Assembly: GCA_039621445.1 (NCBI GenBank)
Contig: CP154954.1
Span: 8,124,634-8,188,633 of the forward strand
Direction of reading: 5' to 3'
Origin: Euglena gracilis
Lineage: Eukaryota
DNA length: 64,000 bases
Made by a program: the position numbers and the translations under genes. Every line of letters starts with the position of its first letter. Position 1 is the first letter of the stretch. The notes under the pieces are model-generated. The model was not told the origin of the DNA. It did no database searches and saw only the letters and a list, made by a program, of their open reading frames with translations. Positions 25,330-35,376 of the stretch are shown here, in pieces.

Positions 25330-27140
25330 ATATACGGTGCCAAATGTCTTGGGCCAAGTGTTGCCTTGCCCAGCCTGTTTGTCGCCTAGTGCTTGCTTCA
25401 CCAGCCGGCCAAGTAGCCCTGAGCCCAGGGGCCCATACCTGACCATGGGTGGAATGACAATGGACTGAACAGCCATCCAGCCGACTCGCATATTGGCTGG
25501 TTTTTGGTGATCTTCTTGTGTTCTGCCATGGCCATGTTCTTCACTGCTAGGTCTTCTTCCCAAGGACAACCCTTTTCGGAGCGGGTGAAAGACGACAAGG
25601 TCCACCGCCAAGGGCCCCGCAGGATCAACTCCATCAAGTGCCACATCGGCTGGGCGCTTCTTTCCACCGACGACCACCTCTGTCCTTGGAGATCAGGCAG
25701 TAGACTTTGGTCATTTTGACCCCCCCTCCCCCCCCCCTATGGTGAAGTTCACCGTTTGAAAGTTCACCGGGGGGTCCCGGACCCCCTCCCCCCCCCCTCT
25801 GCCTAACCCATCGGTGAACTTCACCGGTGAAGTTCACCAAGAGAGCACTTTTTTGGCCAAAAATGACCAAAAATGGGATTTTAGGCAAGTTTTCGGAAAT
25901 TTCGATAAAATTCCATGAAGCATCATCCTCAAAATGACCATTTTGAGAGGAAAGGAGCAAAATTTCACCCATGAAAATTTCACCCCCAACCATCAAAACG
26001 GTGAAGTTCACCGGTGAAGTTCACCGGTGAACTTCACCGCCGAAAGTACCCCCCCCCCTCCCCCCCGGTGAATGTTCACCGGTGAACTTCACCGGGGGGG
26101 GTCCACAGCCCCCCCCCCACCCCTGCCTAACCTCCCTTGTGTGGACACCATTCTCCCGGAGGACCATTGCTAGCGCATCTCGTACTGCATTGTGGCGCAA
26201 GACGAGTTTTTTTTTTGCAGCACAGCAAATGGTCCCCGAAGGGATCCAGGGAATCACCACACATGGGGCATGGGGCTCCGGATGCCCACGGAGAGATCTT
26301 GGCTCCAAGCCACCACCGTAGCAGCAGGCGGTACTTTGTTGCTTGTATGCGCGTCCCCATTCCTTTGTTTGGGACCGTCTGCACCCAGGCTGTGGTGTGC
26401 GGCATGGATTGCAGGCGCAGCCGGCACTTGTCCCGGAGTGGGAGGACCTTCTTCAGGGCATCTTTTCGTGCTAGATGGACCTTATCTGACCACCAACGCT
26501 GACTTCTGTGGTCATCCTCGACGTTCACCGGTTGCTTCCTCTCTGCCCACTCTGGCAGTGGAGAGAACTGTGCGCCCAAGGTGCATTGCAACTCCTTTGT
26601 GACCTCGATGAAATCCGATGGCGTTGTGCATACTTGGGATGGGAATTGGAGCAGTTGGAACTGTTTTAGTGCACACAAAATGCCTGCCATCCGTGCTGGT
26701 GCTTGGAGGACGGTGGGGACCTTGATTCCCAGCCCTGCCATGCGGAGTGGCAAGCTGCATTGGGCCCACCGGGATTCACTTGTCGATGGCTGGCCGATGG
26801 TGTCGTCCCATGCTCTGCGGATGACCCGATTTGTGCTTGAAGGGGGCCCTGCAAGGCGTCCGACCGCAAAGCGCGAAGGAAATGCATGACCTTGCAAGCA
26901 TCCAGACAGTACCGGAGCAAAATGTGCTGGCACTATGGGTCGCCCAGGTTGCTCAAGACGTGGCACGATTCTTCAAGTTTGTCCACTACTGCTTGCATCT
27001 CCTTCTGGCGAAACGTCGTCGTGGTTGGGTGCTCCACCGGAAAGCCGAGGACTCGCAAGCCTTGCCCGGGCTTCCATGGGACACGGGGAATGGAGCCGAG
27101 GACTTGATGGGCCACCAATGTTTGGTCCAACTGGGCTGGG
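25330..27140 (-). mobile_element. Degraded, 5'-truncated non-LTR retrotransposon with restriction-like endonuclease (CRE-clade-like)
   Basis: Frameshifted peptides GLRVLGFPV and WAQCSLPLRMAGLGI (end of RT/thumb), AWVQTVP, CPMC-x8-H-x3-C knuckle, RHNAVRDAL, RPADVAL...AVDL and EHKKITK: the usual zinc-knuckle plus PD-D/E-xK RLE order. Confidence 0.85.
25681..26129. mobile_element. MITE-like insertion splitting the RLE domain
   Basis: Flanked by a 5-bp duplication acctc (25676-25680, 26130-26134); removing it rejoins ...GVHTREV/VVGGKKRPAD; internal ggtgaagttcacc near-palindromic repeats. Confidence 0.75.
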
Positions 27141-29644
27141 ATTTGTGTCTTTTTTTGTAAAGAGCAAAGACCAAAGACGGTGGTGGGGCGAGCCGAGTCC
27201 ACCGACCAGTGGCACAGCCTACTGGATTTGAGTGTTCAGGGGGAGGGCTATATACAGAAGCGGAAGCAGCGGCCAGTCCGAGGTGAGGGCGTGTAAAGTC
27301 GAGCAGTCTTGGTAGCAGGGAAGACGGAGGGGCGAGGGGAAACTTGGCGGATGTTGTGTGAGGTGCGTTGGTGGGTGAGCGGCGGGGGGCGTGGTGGCTG
27401 GTGTGTGTGTGTGTTTGTGTTTTGTGTGTGCTTGTGGTTTTTTTTGTAGGGATGAGATGGGAGAGTGGTTGGTCAAATTGCTCACTCCGTTTCATATGGG
27501 CTATGGGTGGTGGGATCACCGCTCCGGTTTGTGTCAGTGTATGGGAGATCCTAATAGGATCTGCTCGCATGCTGCGTATTCACCTCACCAAACGCGCCAA
27601 GGGAAAAACGCATCTGCAGTTGTTGCCATCCCCAACTAATCATCCCTCATGCTGCACCTTTACATAGCTTTTCACCTGCGGTCCCCTGCCTTACCCCATG
27701 TAACATGCACATAGCCTCCCCCCGACACTTACAAATCCGTTTGGCAGTGCCACTGGTCAGTGGTTTTCTATTTTCAGTGTTTTTTTTTTTGCAAAGAAAA
27801 CAAAAGGGGCCAGAAGTGGTGATTCTCCAAAAAGCGAATGGCCTAGCCTGGGTGTCACAAAACCCAAAATGCCCATCTGGGGAGCAATCTGGGGAGGGGG
27901 GTTGAACATTTACAATGTCTGCCTTTTTTTTTCTCGGCCACCAGGGGGGGGGTCCCCATTTTGCCGTGCCAAGGGGGTCAGTTCCCCAGGGGGGGGGTCC
28001 ACCGTGGCGGAGAGCCGGAATTTCCCAAAGGAAATTCATTGGTAGGGTCCTCGTCAGACGTGCCGAACCTCCGCCGTTTGGCAGCTCCTCTTCAACAGAC
28101 AACCACACTCAACTTTTGCTCCCCCATGGGAAGGAACGCCTCTGTCCCTTGGCTGCACACCCGGCCCCGGGCGGATGATTGGCTATGACGATCCCAAAGG
28201 TCGGGCCGACCATGGTCGGGTCGACCTCTGGGGGTCGATAAGAATAGCCATGAACCGCATGAGCCCCCCCCCCTTTCAAAGGACTTTTGACTATAGGTCG
28301 GGCCGACCCTGGTCGGCCCGACGTGTTTGTCACCGACCACATTGGAGGTCGGGCCCACCATGTGGTCGGTAGAAACGACCTCCATGGCTTGGCCAAACCC
28401 TGTGGAACACCTACCAGACACCTACCCTCACCCCCCCCCCCTATTTGGCTCATGGCCGGGCTCCTTCAGACCCCCAATTAGCCAATTAGGGGGGGGGACA
28501 ATTGGGGGGGAGGGGCATACAATTGCTTACCGACCCCCGGGGGGGGGAGGGGGGGGTCACTCCACTTTTTTAAAAACCAGTCAGTCACTTTTTTTTGGGA
28601 AGCCAGTCAGTCACTACCCCCCCCCGGGGGGGGGGGTCGGCCACTCAGAAAAACGGCCACTTTCCAGTCACTTTAGGCCATTTTAGGCCAAAAAAAATTT
28701 TCCGGCGCCTTCGGCGCCGGGGTCACTCAAGCCACTTTTGCCCACTCCTGGCCGACCCCCCCCCCCCCGGGGGGGGGGGGGGGGGGCCGGGCCCAAAACC
28801 AATCAGTCACTCTGAAAAAACCAGTCACCCACCCCGGGGGGGGGGGGGTGGGACAGTGCTTAAGCAATTGTCTGGGGAGGGGGGGGCTCGAGGACCCCTA
28901 CCCCAAATTTTTTCCCTGTGCAAAATTTGTCGATTTTTTGCGCATAGTTGGATTGGTCATGACTTTTTCTTATCCGGCGAATTTTAAAATTTTCGAAACT
29001 GACATTTTTGGAGTTTCTCTGAGCCCTTTTTTGCGGCCTGGCCGAAATTGGCCGGTCTTGTCCCAGAGGCCAATTAGCCAATTAGGAGGGGGGGGGGCAA
29101 ACAGGGGGGGAGGTGAGGGTACCCTCAACCCCCCCCCCCAAAGTGTCCCCGCTCCCAAAGTGGCCAAATTTTTTTGCCAAATTTCAGTTTACCCCCCTCA
29201 AAGTGGCCATTTTCCTTAAGCCTTAATTGAATCTAGCAAGCCTTACTGAGATAATCAATCTCGCATTTGGCTGCGATCGCCAGTGGCAGCCGCCACACTT
29301 CGTTAGTTTTGCATCTACTCCGTGGTAACCTTTTTCTGCATGATGGTTGTCTCCCTTATTCACCAGAAATACCCGTTGCATGTTGTACATGACTCCAAGT
29401 TTGTGATAAGCCAATCTGTTCACGACTATTCGTTTTGGGCATGAACGATTGATCCTGTTTGGGGGTCCCGAACGAACAATCGACTAGTCGACTAGTCGTC
29501 CCAACCTTACCCTCAGTCATCCACCTGAAACCCAAATATAAGACACTCCCCCCCAAATATAAGACACCCTTTGGCGAAATTGGTCGACACCCAAATACCG
29601 GTATAAGACACCGGTGTCTTATATTTGAGGGGGTTTTACCCTTG

Positions 29645-29808
29645 GAACCAGATTTTTTCTTCTTGTTTCCTTGCACCAACAAGCTGCCATGAAGGGGGTC
29701 AAGCTTCGGTTTTTTGGCAGTTTGTTGGTACACTGCCAACACACCAAGGAACAGTTCTGTTTCAGGGGAGTAACAAGCTATCACGAGGTTCACCGCGCGT
29801 TTCGTCAT
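29645..29808 (-). pseudogene. Diverged, truncated copy of the orphan ORF of the PHD element
   Basis: MTKRAVNLV...TELFLGVLAVYQQTAKKPKLDPLHGSLLVQGNKKKKSGS aligns with 31131-31466; interrupted by an aaatataagacac foldback insertion. Confidence 0.75.
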
Positions 29809-29974
29809 GGAGAACTGTGGAATGAAGGTCAAAGGGTGACCACGGATTTCAGGACAGGCATCCGTTTCTGACACCACAGATTTCAGGGCAAGCTTTGACG
29901 TTTTTCGTGGATTTCTCCAAATGCGTGAGTCATGACCACAAATTTCAGGGCAGGCATTTGGCGGGCTCTGAACA

Positions 29975-30285
29975 CGTGTATTGGGACTCTGGCTTCACGC
30001 CCGAACTGGCGTCCAGAACGCCGGTTCGGGCGGGAAGCTGGCGTCCAGGGGACCCAAAATAAAAAGTGCCAAAAAAGTGTCCAAAAGGGCTTGTAGGCAT
30101 GTGGCAATCATATCTGAGCAGTTTGGGGGGGGTATTTGGCAGAAATTGGGGTATTTTGTGCAACAATTTCCATTTGGCCAAATTTGGCGATTTTGTGAAA
30201 TAGAGTGCCATGCAGCACCGCTGAAATCTAAGGCCTTCTGCTGAAAGCCCTTGAGAAGGGCTATCGATCAAGGGGCAACATGGCA
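29975..30285 (-). repeat. Inverted copy of the 19812-20180 block
   Basis: Reverse-complement match by eye over ~300 bp. Confidence 0.9.
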
Positions 30286-30709
30286 GGTGAACAGTGGATT
30301 TTGGAATTTGCAAAAAGGGTCAGAACATGCGATCAGCGATTTTCTGGGCGCTGTAAGGTCTTTGGGGAGAGTTTTCGATTGACATGCTGTATGGCACCTG
30401 AGGTGCGGGATTTCACAAATTAAGATGTCGAATTTTGGAATACACGATCGCTGAACACAAGCGCTGTGTGCACAATGGCTGAATCCTGTGGCCGTCTGTC
30501 AAAAGCCCTTGAGAAGAGCTTTCAATTGATGGGTAATATGGCATCAGACGCGCGAAAACTTCAATCGGCCGATCGACATGGCCGTGAGCCCAAAGGAGCC
30601 CAAAAAAATGCTCAAAAATGTTCAGAAACTGGGTCTTTAGGGCGAAATTGGCCGTGATTCCTTGAACGCCGGTTCGGGCGTGAAGCCAGAGCCCCTAATC
30701 CACGGTTTC

Positions 30710-30828
30710 TATACACAAATTGTGGCTGAGCCCAGATTTCAGCCTGAAAACGTGTTCAGCCAGGGGCCCCCGAAGGGGGCCCCTGAACACGTTTTCAGGC
30801 TGAAATCTGGGCTCAGCCACAATTTGTT
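30710..30828. other. Long palindrome/hairpin, orientation B (flipped relative to 20185-20305)
   Basis: Same arms; the asymmetric centre (cagccaggggcccccgaag) and ends (tatacac.../...ttgtt) are the reverse complement of copy A, while the left flank has the same orientation. Confidence 0.9.
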
Positions 30829-30936
30829 TAAAAACGTTTTCAGAGCCCGCCAAATGCCTGCCCTGAAATTCGTGGTCATGATTCACGCAAGGGGTCAAAA
30901 ACGGCAATTTGTGAAATTTGGACCCAAAAAACGGCG

Positions 30937-31081
30937 CCCTCACTGAAAACGTGCCTGAACCCGGATGCCCTCACTGAAAACGTGTCATTGACCCGAATGC
31001 CCTCACTGAAAACGTGCCTGAACCCGGATGCCTTCACTGAAAACGTGTCATTGACCCGAATGCCCTCACTGAAAACGTGTC
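30937..31081 (+). repeat. Alternating 31-bp tandem units with core CTGAAAACGTG (also 32588-32735 and, diverged, 33495-33650)
   Basis: ccctcactgaaaacgtgcctgaacccggatg alternates with ccctcactgaaaacgtgtcattgacccgaatg. Confidence 0.9.
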
Positions 31082-31130
31082 ACCCCCCCCCTTTTTTTCT
31101 TTTCTTCTTTTTTTCCGCAGCCCTGCCAAT

Positions 31131-31466
31131 ATGGCCAAACGCACGGCAAACTTTGTGAATGGTCTTTTGCCACCTCCCCCTAGGACGGAACTGTTCCTGG
31201 CTGCTCTCGCGGTATACCAGCAAGATGCCAAGAAGCCGAAGGTTGACCCCCTTCATGGCACCTTGCTGGCACAGGGCAACACAAAGAAAAAGTCCGGCTC
31301 CGTGGGTGCAGAGCTTGCTGCTGTTGCCAACTGTTTGGAGTTCGCCAAACTGTGTCAACATCGGCAAGCGTCTTATCCTGAGCTGGATGATTTCTTTGTT
31401 GCCTGGACGGGATGGGAGCTGGAACCCAGCCTGTTGTTCGATGAGGCGAGCGTCATCCAACCATGA
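31131..31466 (+). CDS. Orphan element-borne protein (possibly frameshifted at the C-terminus)
   Basis: MAKRTANFVNGLLPPPPRTELFLAALAVYQQDAKKPKVDPLHG...; three homologous copies in the window, with conservative substitutions between two of them; basic NLS-like patches. Confidence 0.5.
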   Translation: MAKRTANFVNGLLPPPPRTELFLAALAVYQQDAKKPKVDPLHGTLLAQGNTKKKSGSVGAELAAVANCLEFAKLCQHRQASYPELDDFFVAWTGWELEPSLLFDEASVIQP

Positions 31467-31805
31467 GTACGGAGTACCCCTGTCAAAGCCGCCACCATTC
31501 TTTCCCGGGGGACAAAAGTCCGAACCAAAGGGTGAGGTTGCCGACAGTGCCGGTGGTGAGACCAAACACGAAGGGAAACCGTTGCGGCGTGTGCTTTTCT
31601 CTCGCACATCGGCTAAACGGCGGCGCACGACGTGTGTTATACGTTTCAATTTTCCGTTCTTATCCCTGTTAATGAACTCTCAGGGCGCCTTTGAAGCAGG
31701 ACGCAAATGAGCAACTCTCAACTCCCGACGTGAAGAAAGAGGCTGAATCCATCGGGTACTAAACTCATGTTTTTTCACTGTTCCTCTGTCATGCACCACT
31801 GACTG

Positions 31806-32396
31806 ATGACCGAGGAGGAGTTCTTTGCACCGCATGTGCCCGAACACACGCCATTTACCAGGTATTTACAAAGAAAACCACTCAAATTTTACGGTCACCA
31901 CTTCCACAGTGAGCACATGATCGCCATCAACGTTGACGAAGACTACGTCGACCTCACCCAACCATCGGCCGCCTGCCCGCCGTCCGTCACCCTGAAAACC
32001 GAGGAGGACGACGACGGCGCAGCTACGGCGCGGAACGTTGCACGGTGGTCAACTTGGGCAAATTTTTGCGCCCCACCAAGTGACGAACACGCGGTCGAAA
32101 ATCAGGACCTGACCAGTGTTCCGTCTGTCTTTCCCACCGCCGAGCAACGTTCCGCTCCTGCGGTCAGCTCTGTCTCCTCTGACCAACCCCCTGTGCCTCG
32201 TGCCGTGTCCCGACTGCCTATAAAACAGGAGAAATGTGGTTTTTGTGGTGTTGCCATTCCGAAAAATCCAAATTGTGTGGAGCTGAACAAAGTTGTCTGT
32301 GACGCCTGCGGTTTGGCATATCATTTTCATTGCCAAGATTTGCGGCGGCCACCAAAGTATGGCTCTTTTCTGTGCAAAGCCTGTCGTGTGCCGTGA
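31806..32396 (+). CDS. PHD-finger protein
   Basis: C-terminal CGFC-x-CDAC-x4-H-x2-C-x-FLCKAC (C4HC3); probable 48-nt in-frame GT-AG intron at 31862-31909; decayed upstream exon from ~31707. Confidence 0.75.
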   Translation: MTEEEFFAPHVPEHTPFTRYLQRKPLKFYGHHFHSEHMIAINVDEDYVDLTQPSAACPPSVTLKTEEDDDGAATARNVARWSTWANFCAPPSDEHAVENQDLTSVPSVFPTAEQRSAPAVSSVSSDQPPVPRAVSRLPIKQEKCGFCGVAIPKNPNCVELNKVVCDACGLAYHFHCQDLRRPPKYGSFLCKACRVP

Positions 32397-32789
32397 GTTT
32401 CGCCCCTTCCCTGCCGTCCGTTCTGCCGTCGTCTGTTCTGCCAAGGCAAACTAGCCTTCTCGTTGTCATCCTTCGTGTTGTAGAGTGCCACCCGAACCGC
32501 CTCACCCGTTGAGGACCACACGGCCTCTCAACCGCACACCGATTTTTCATGATTGCGATTTTCGTTTTTTGCGGGGGGTTGACACAGATGCCCTCACTGA
32601 AAACGTGCCTGAACCCGGATGCCCTCACTGAAAACGTGTCATTGACCCGAATGCCCTCACTGAAAACGTGCCTGAACCCGGATGCCTTCACTGAAAACGT
32701 GTCATTGACACAAATGCCCTCATTGAAAACGTGTTCATGACCACGAATTTCAGGGCAGGCATTTGGCGGGCTGAACACGTTTTTAACAA

Positions 32790-33700
32790 CTGTGTTCAGA
32801 AACGCCAGTTCGGGCGTGAAGCCGTGTTCCAGAACGCCGGTTCGGGCAGAAGAAGAAGCCGAAGGTTGACCCCCTTCATGGCACCTTGCTGGCACAGGGC
32901 AACACAAAGAAAAAGTCCGGCTCCGTAGGTGCAGAGCTTGCTGCTGTGCAGAGCTTGCTGCTGTTGCCAGCCGTTTGGAGTTCGCCAAACTGTGTCAACA
33001 TCGACAAGCCTCTTATCCTGAGCTGGATGCTTTCTTTGTTGCCTGGACGGGATGGGCCCAGCCTGTTGTTCGATGAGGCGAGTGTCAATCGAACAATGTG
33101 TGGCTCAACGTGAGCAGCAGTCGGGAACTTTGTTCATTTCAGGGAACCGTTCCCGACTGCCTATAAAACAGGAGAAATGTGGTTTTTGTGCTGTTGCCAT
33201 TCCCAAAAATCCAAATTGTGTGGAGCTGAACAAAGTTGTCTGTGACGCCTGCGGTCTGGCATATCATTTTCATTGCCAAGATTTGCGGCGGCCACCAAAG
33301 TATGGCTCTTTTTTGTGTAAAGCATGTCGTGTGCCGTGATGTCCGCCACTCCCTGTCGTTGTGCTCCAAGGCAATCTAGCCTTCTGTCGTGTTGTAGAGT
33401 GCCCCCGACCCGCCTCACCCGTTGAGGACCACTCTCAACCGCACGCCGATTTTTCATGACAGCGATTTTTGCTTCTTGCTCGAGGTTGCCACAGATGCCC
33501 TAATGGAAAACGTGCCTGAACACAGATGCCTTAATGGAAAACGTGTCATTGCCACAGATGCCTTAATGGAAAACGTAAAACGTGCCTGAACACAGATGCC
33601 TTAATGGAAAACGTGTCATTGCCGCAAATGCCCTCATTGAAAATGTGTTCATGACCACGAATTTCAGGGCAGGCATTTGGCGGGCTGAACACGTTTTTAA
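32790..33700 (+). pseudogene. Internally deleted tandem copy of the orphan-ORF/PHD cassette
   Basis: Left-flank motif cagaacgccggttcgggc fused to the middle of the orphan ORF (32850-33085), PHD finger copy (33150-33339), tandem array, and right inverted repeat ending at TTAA 33697-33700. Confidence 0.8.
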
Positions 33701-33810
33701 CAAAAAAAAAAAGGGTGCGGGTTTGTGCTGGGAAAAGTGCCCACGCCCACTCTCAAGGGGGATTCACTTGGTGAACCTGTGTCTCATCTCCTTTTGTTTT
33801 TTCCCCCCAG

Positions 33811-35376
33811 GGATGCAAGTCTCCAGCCCTCCCGCAGAAGGACGGCCCGGGGACTGGAAATGTCCACAATGTGCAAACCACAACTATGCATCGAGGATTG
33901 TGTGCAATCGGTGTCACGGCCCGCGGCAGGTGGAAGGGGACACAACTGCACAGCCTGTGCGGGGCAACGGCACCTCTCGGCCCAGTCCTGGGGACTGGTA
34001 TTGCCCCAACCCAGCTTGCTGCAACCTGAACTACGCCTCACGACCACCCCATTGCTTAGAATTATATTTTTTTTCATCGGTGAATCTTTTTCCAGATTTT
34101 TTTTTTGCAGGCTGTGAAAAAATTTTGTGATTTACAGGTCAGTCAGAGGGGTGCAGTCCCCCCTGTGACCCCACCGTGACCCACAATGGGACCTTGGCAA
34201 TTCAAGGAAAAATGCCCCAAATGACTTATTTCACAGTTTTTTTGGTCCCCCCCCAAAGAAAGCCATTTCTCCCCCTGACCCCCCCCTCCAGTTCCCCGCT
34301 CCCCAGAGAGATGTGGAATGCCGCCCAAAGCCCGCGGTACGTGAAAAAAATTCTTCCTGCAAGTTGTTGGGATATTTTGTTTCTGAACTTTGTTAGATTG
34401 AAGCTCCTGGGCAAGCAGTGGCTTATGGTCCCGACTCGTGTGCAACCGCTGCAAGACACCCCCAGCGAGTGCAGCATTATACCTACAGCAGGCTGCTGTG
34501 ATGTGGTGTGGGATTCCCTTTAAATTCCCTTTTCTGCACTGCTTTCGTGTAGGGGATTGGGTGTTCAGCTCCCAATGCTCCAAGGCTCCCGTCCCGGTGA
34601 CTGGCTGTGCATGACGTGCCAGAACCACAACTATGCCAGCAGGACAGTGTGCAATCGGTGCCAAGCAGCCAAACCGGAAGTGGCAGACAGGCATTTTTTT
34701 ATGATGGCACCTTGAGGGGCTGAACTCCCCTGGACTGTGTACATCTGATCTGCAGTTGCCTGCACTGGTTGAATGACGCTTCCTGTGGCAGAACAATTTT
34801 ATTTTTTGCTTCCACCCCAGTGTTAGCGAAAGAAATACAAAAAGAAATGTTCTCGAAATTTCAAAAATGTGTCTGGAGTTTCTCTGGTTGGTTCACACTG
34901 TTCTCTTTTGCTTTGCATTTTATTTAGCATTCACAATAGAAATTTCCCCAACCTACCCTCTACCCTGACCCTACCCTACCCTGCTGGGTTTGATGAATTG
35001 TGGGTGAAGCAGGATCATCATTTATGAAACAAAAGGCCTGGTTGCAGCTCCTCTGTCATCTCTTGGGATGGCAGTGCCCGGCTTAGGGACAGAAGCCAAG
35101 CCGGCAGCCCCGAGTTTTCGGGCAGGCGACTGGATGTGCCCACAGTGTGGGGATCGCACCGTTGCTTTGAGTGTGACCCCTCCTTTTTGGCCCGGGGGGG
35201 GGGGTGCAGAGACAACCTGTAGGGGTTTGCAGATGGCCCGGCTATGCTCAAATCCCCCCCACGGGTCAGAAAATCCCCCCAAGCACTGGTGTTGTGGCAA
35301 CCACAACTACGCCAGCCGCAAGAAGTGTAACCGGTGTAACCAGCCAAAAACAACACCGGAGAGCTCAGAGGCATAG
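33811..35376 (+). CDS. RanBP2-type zinc-finger protein (four fingers; likely RNA-binding), 3' exons
   Basis: Exons ~33811-34041, 34433-34497, 34569-34684, 35046-35148, 35296-35376 give four (P/A)GDWxCxxCxNxNYASRxxCNRC fingers ending in TAG at 35374-35376. The start codon is not defined. Confidence 0.85.
34042..34432 (+). other. Non-conventional intron
   Basis: No GT-AG; 5' gacca...ccattgctt pairs with 3' aagcagtgg...tggtc; removal restores YASR/LVCNRC. Confidence 0.8.
34685..35045 (+). other. Non-conventional intron (CAG +4, CTG -8)
   Basis: agaCAGgcattttttt...aaaaggcCTGgttgc; removal restores the frame KPEVA/APLSS. Confidence 0.8.

Larger units (their letters stand above)
30832..32782 (+). 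mobile_element. Non-autonomous element with ~50-bp inverted repeats carrying an orphan ORF and a PHD-finger gene
   Basis: aaacgttttcagagcccgccaaatgcctgccctgaaattcgtggtcatga versus tcatgaccacgaatttcagggcaggcatttggcgggctgaacacgttt, each bounded by TTAA; subterminal ctgaaaacgtg arrays on both sides. Confidence 0.7.

Noticed and set aside
34950-34984. Telomere-like CCCTA repeats
   Set aside because: Short and degenerate, inside an intron; not a true CCCTAA array.
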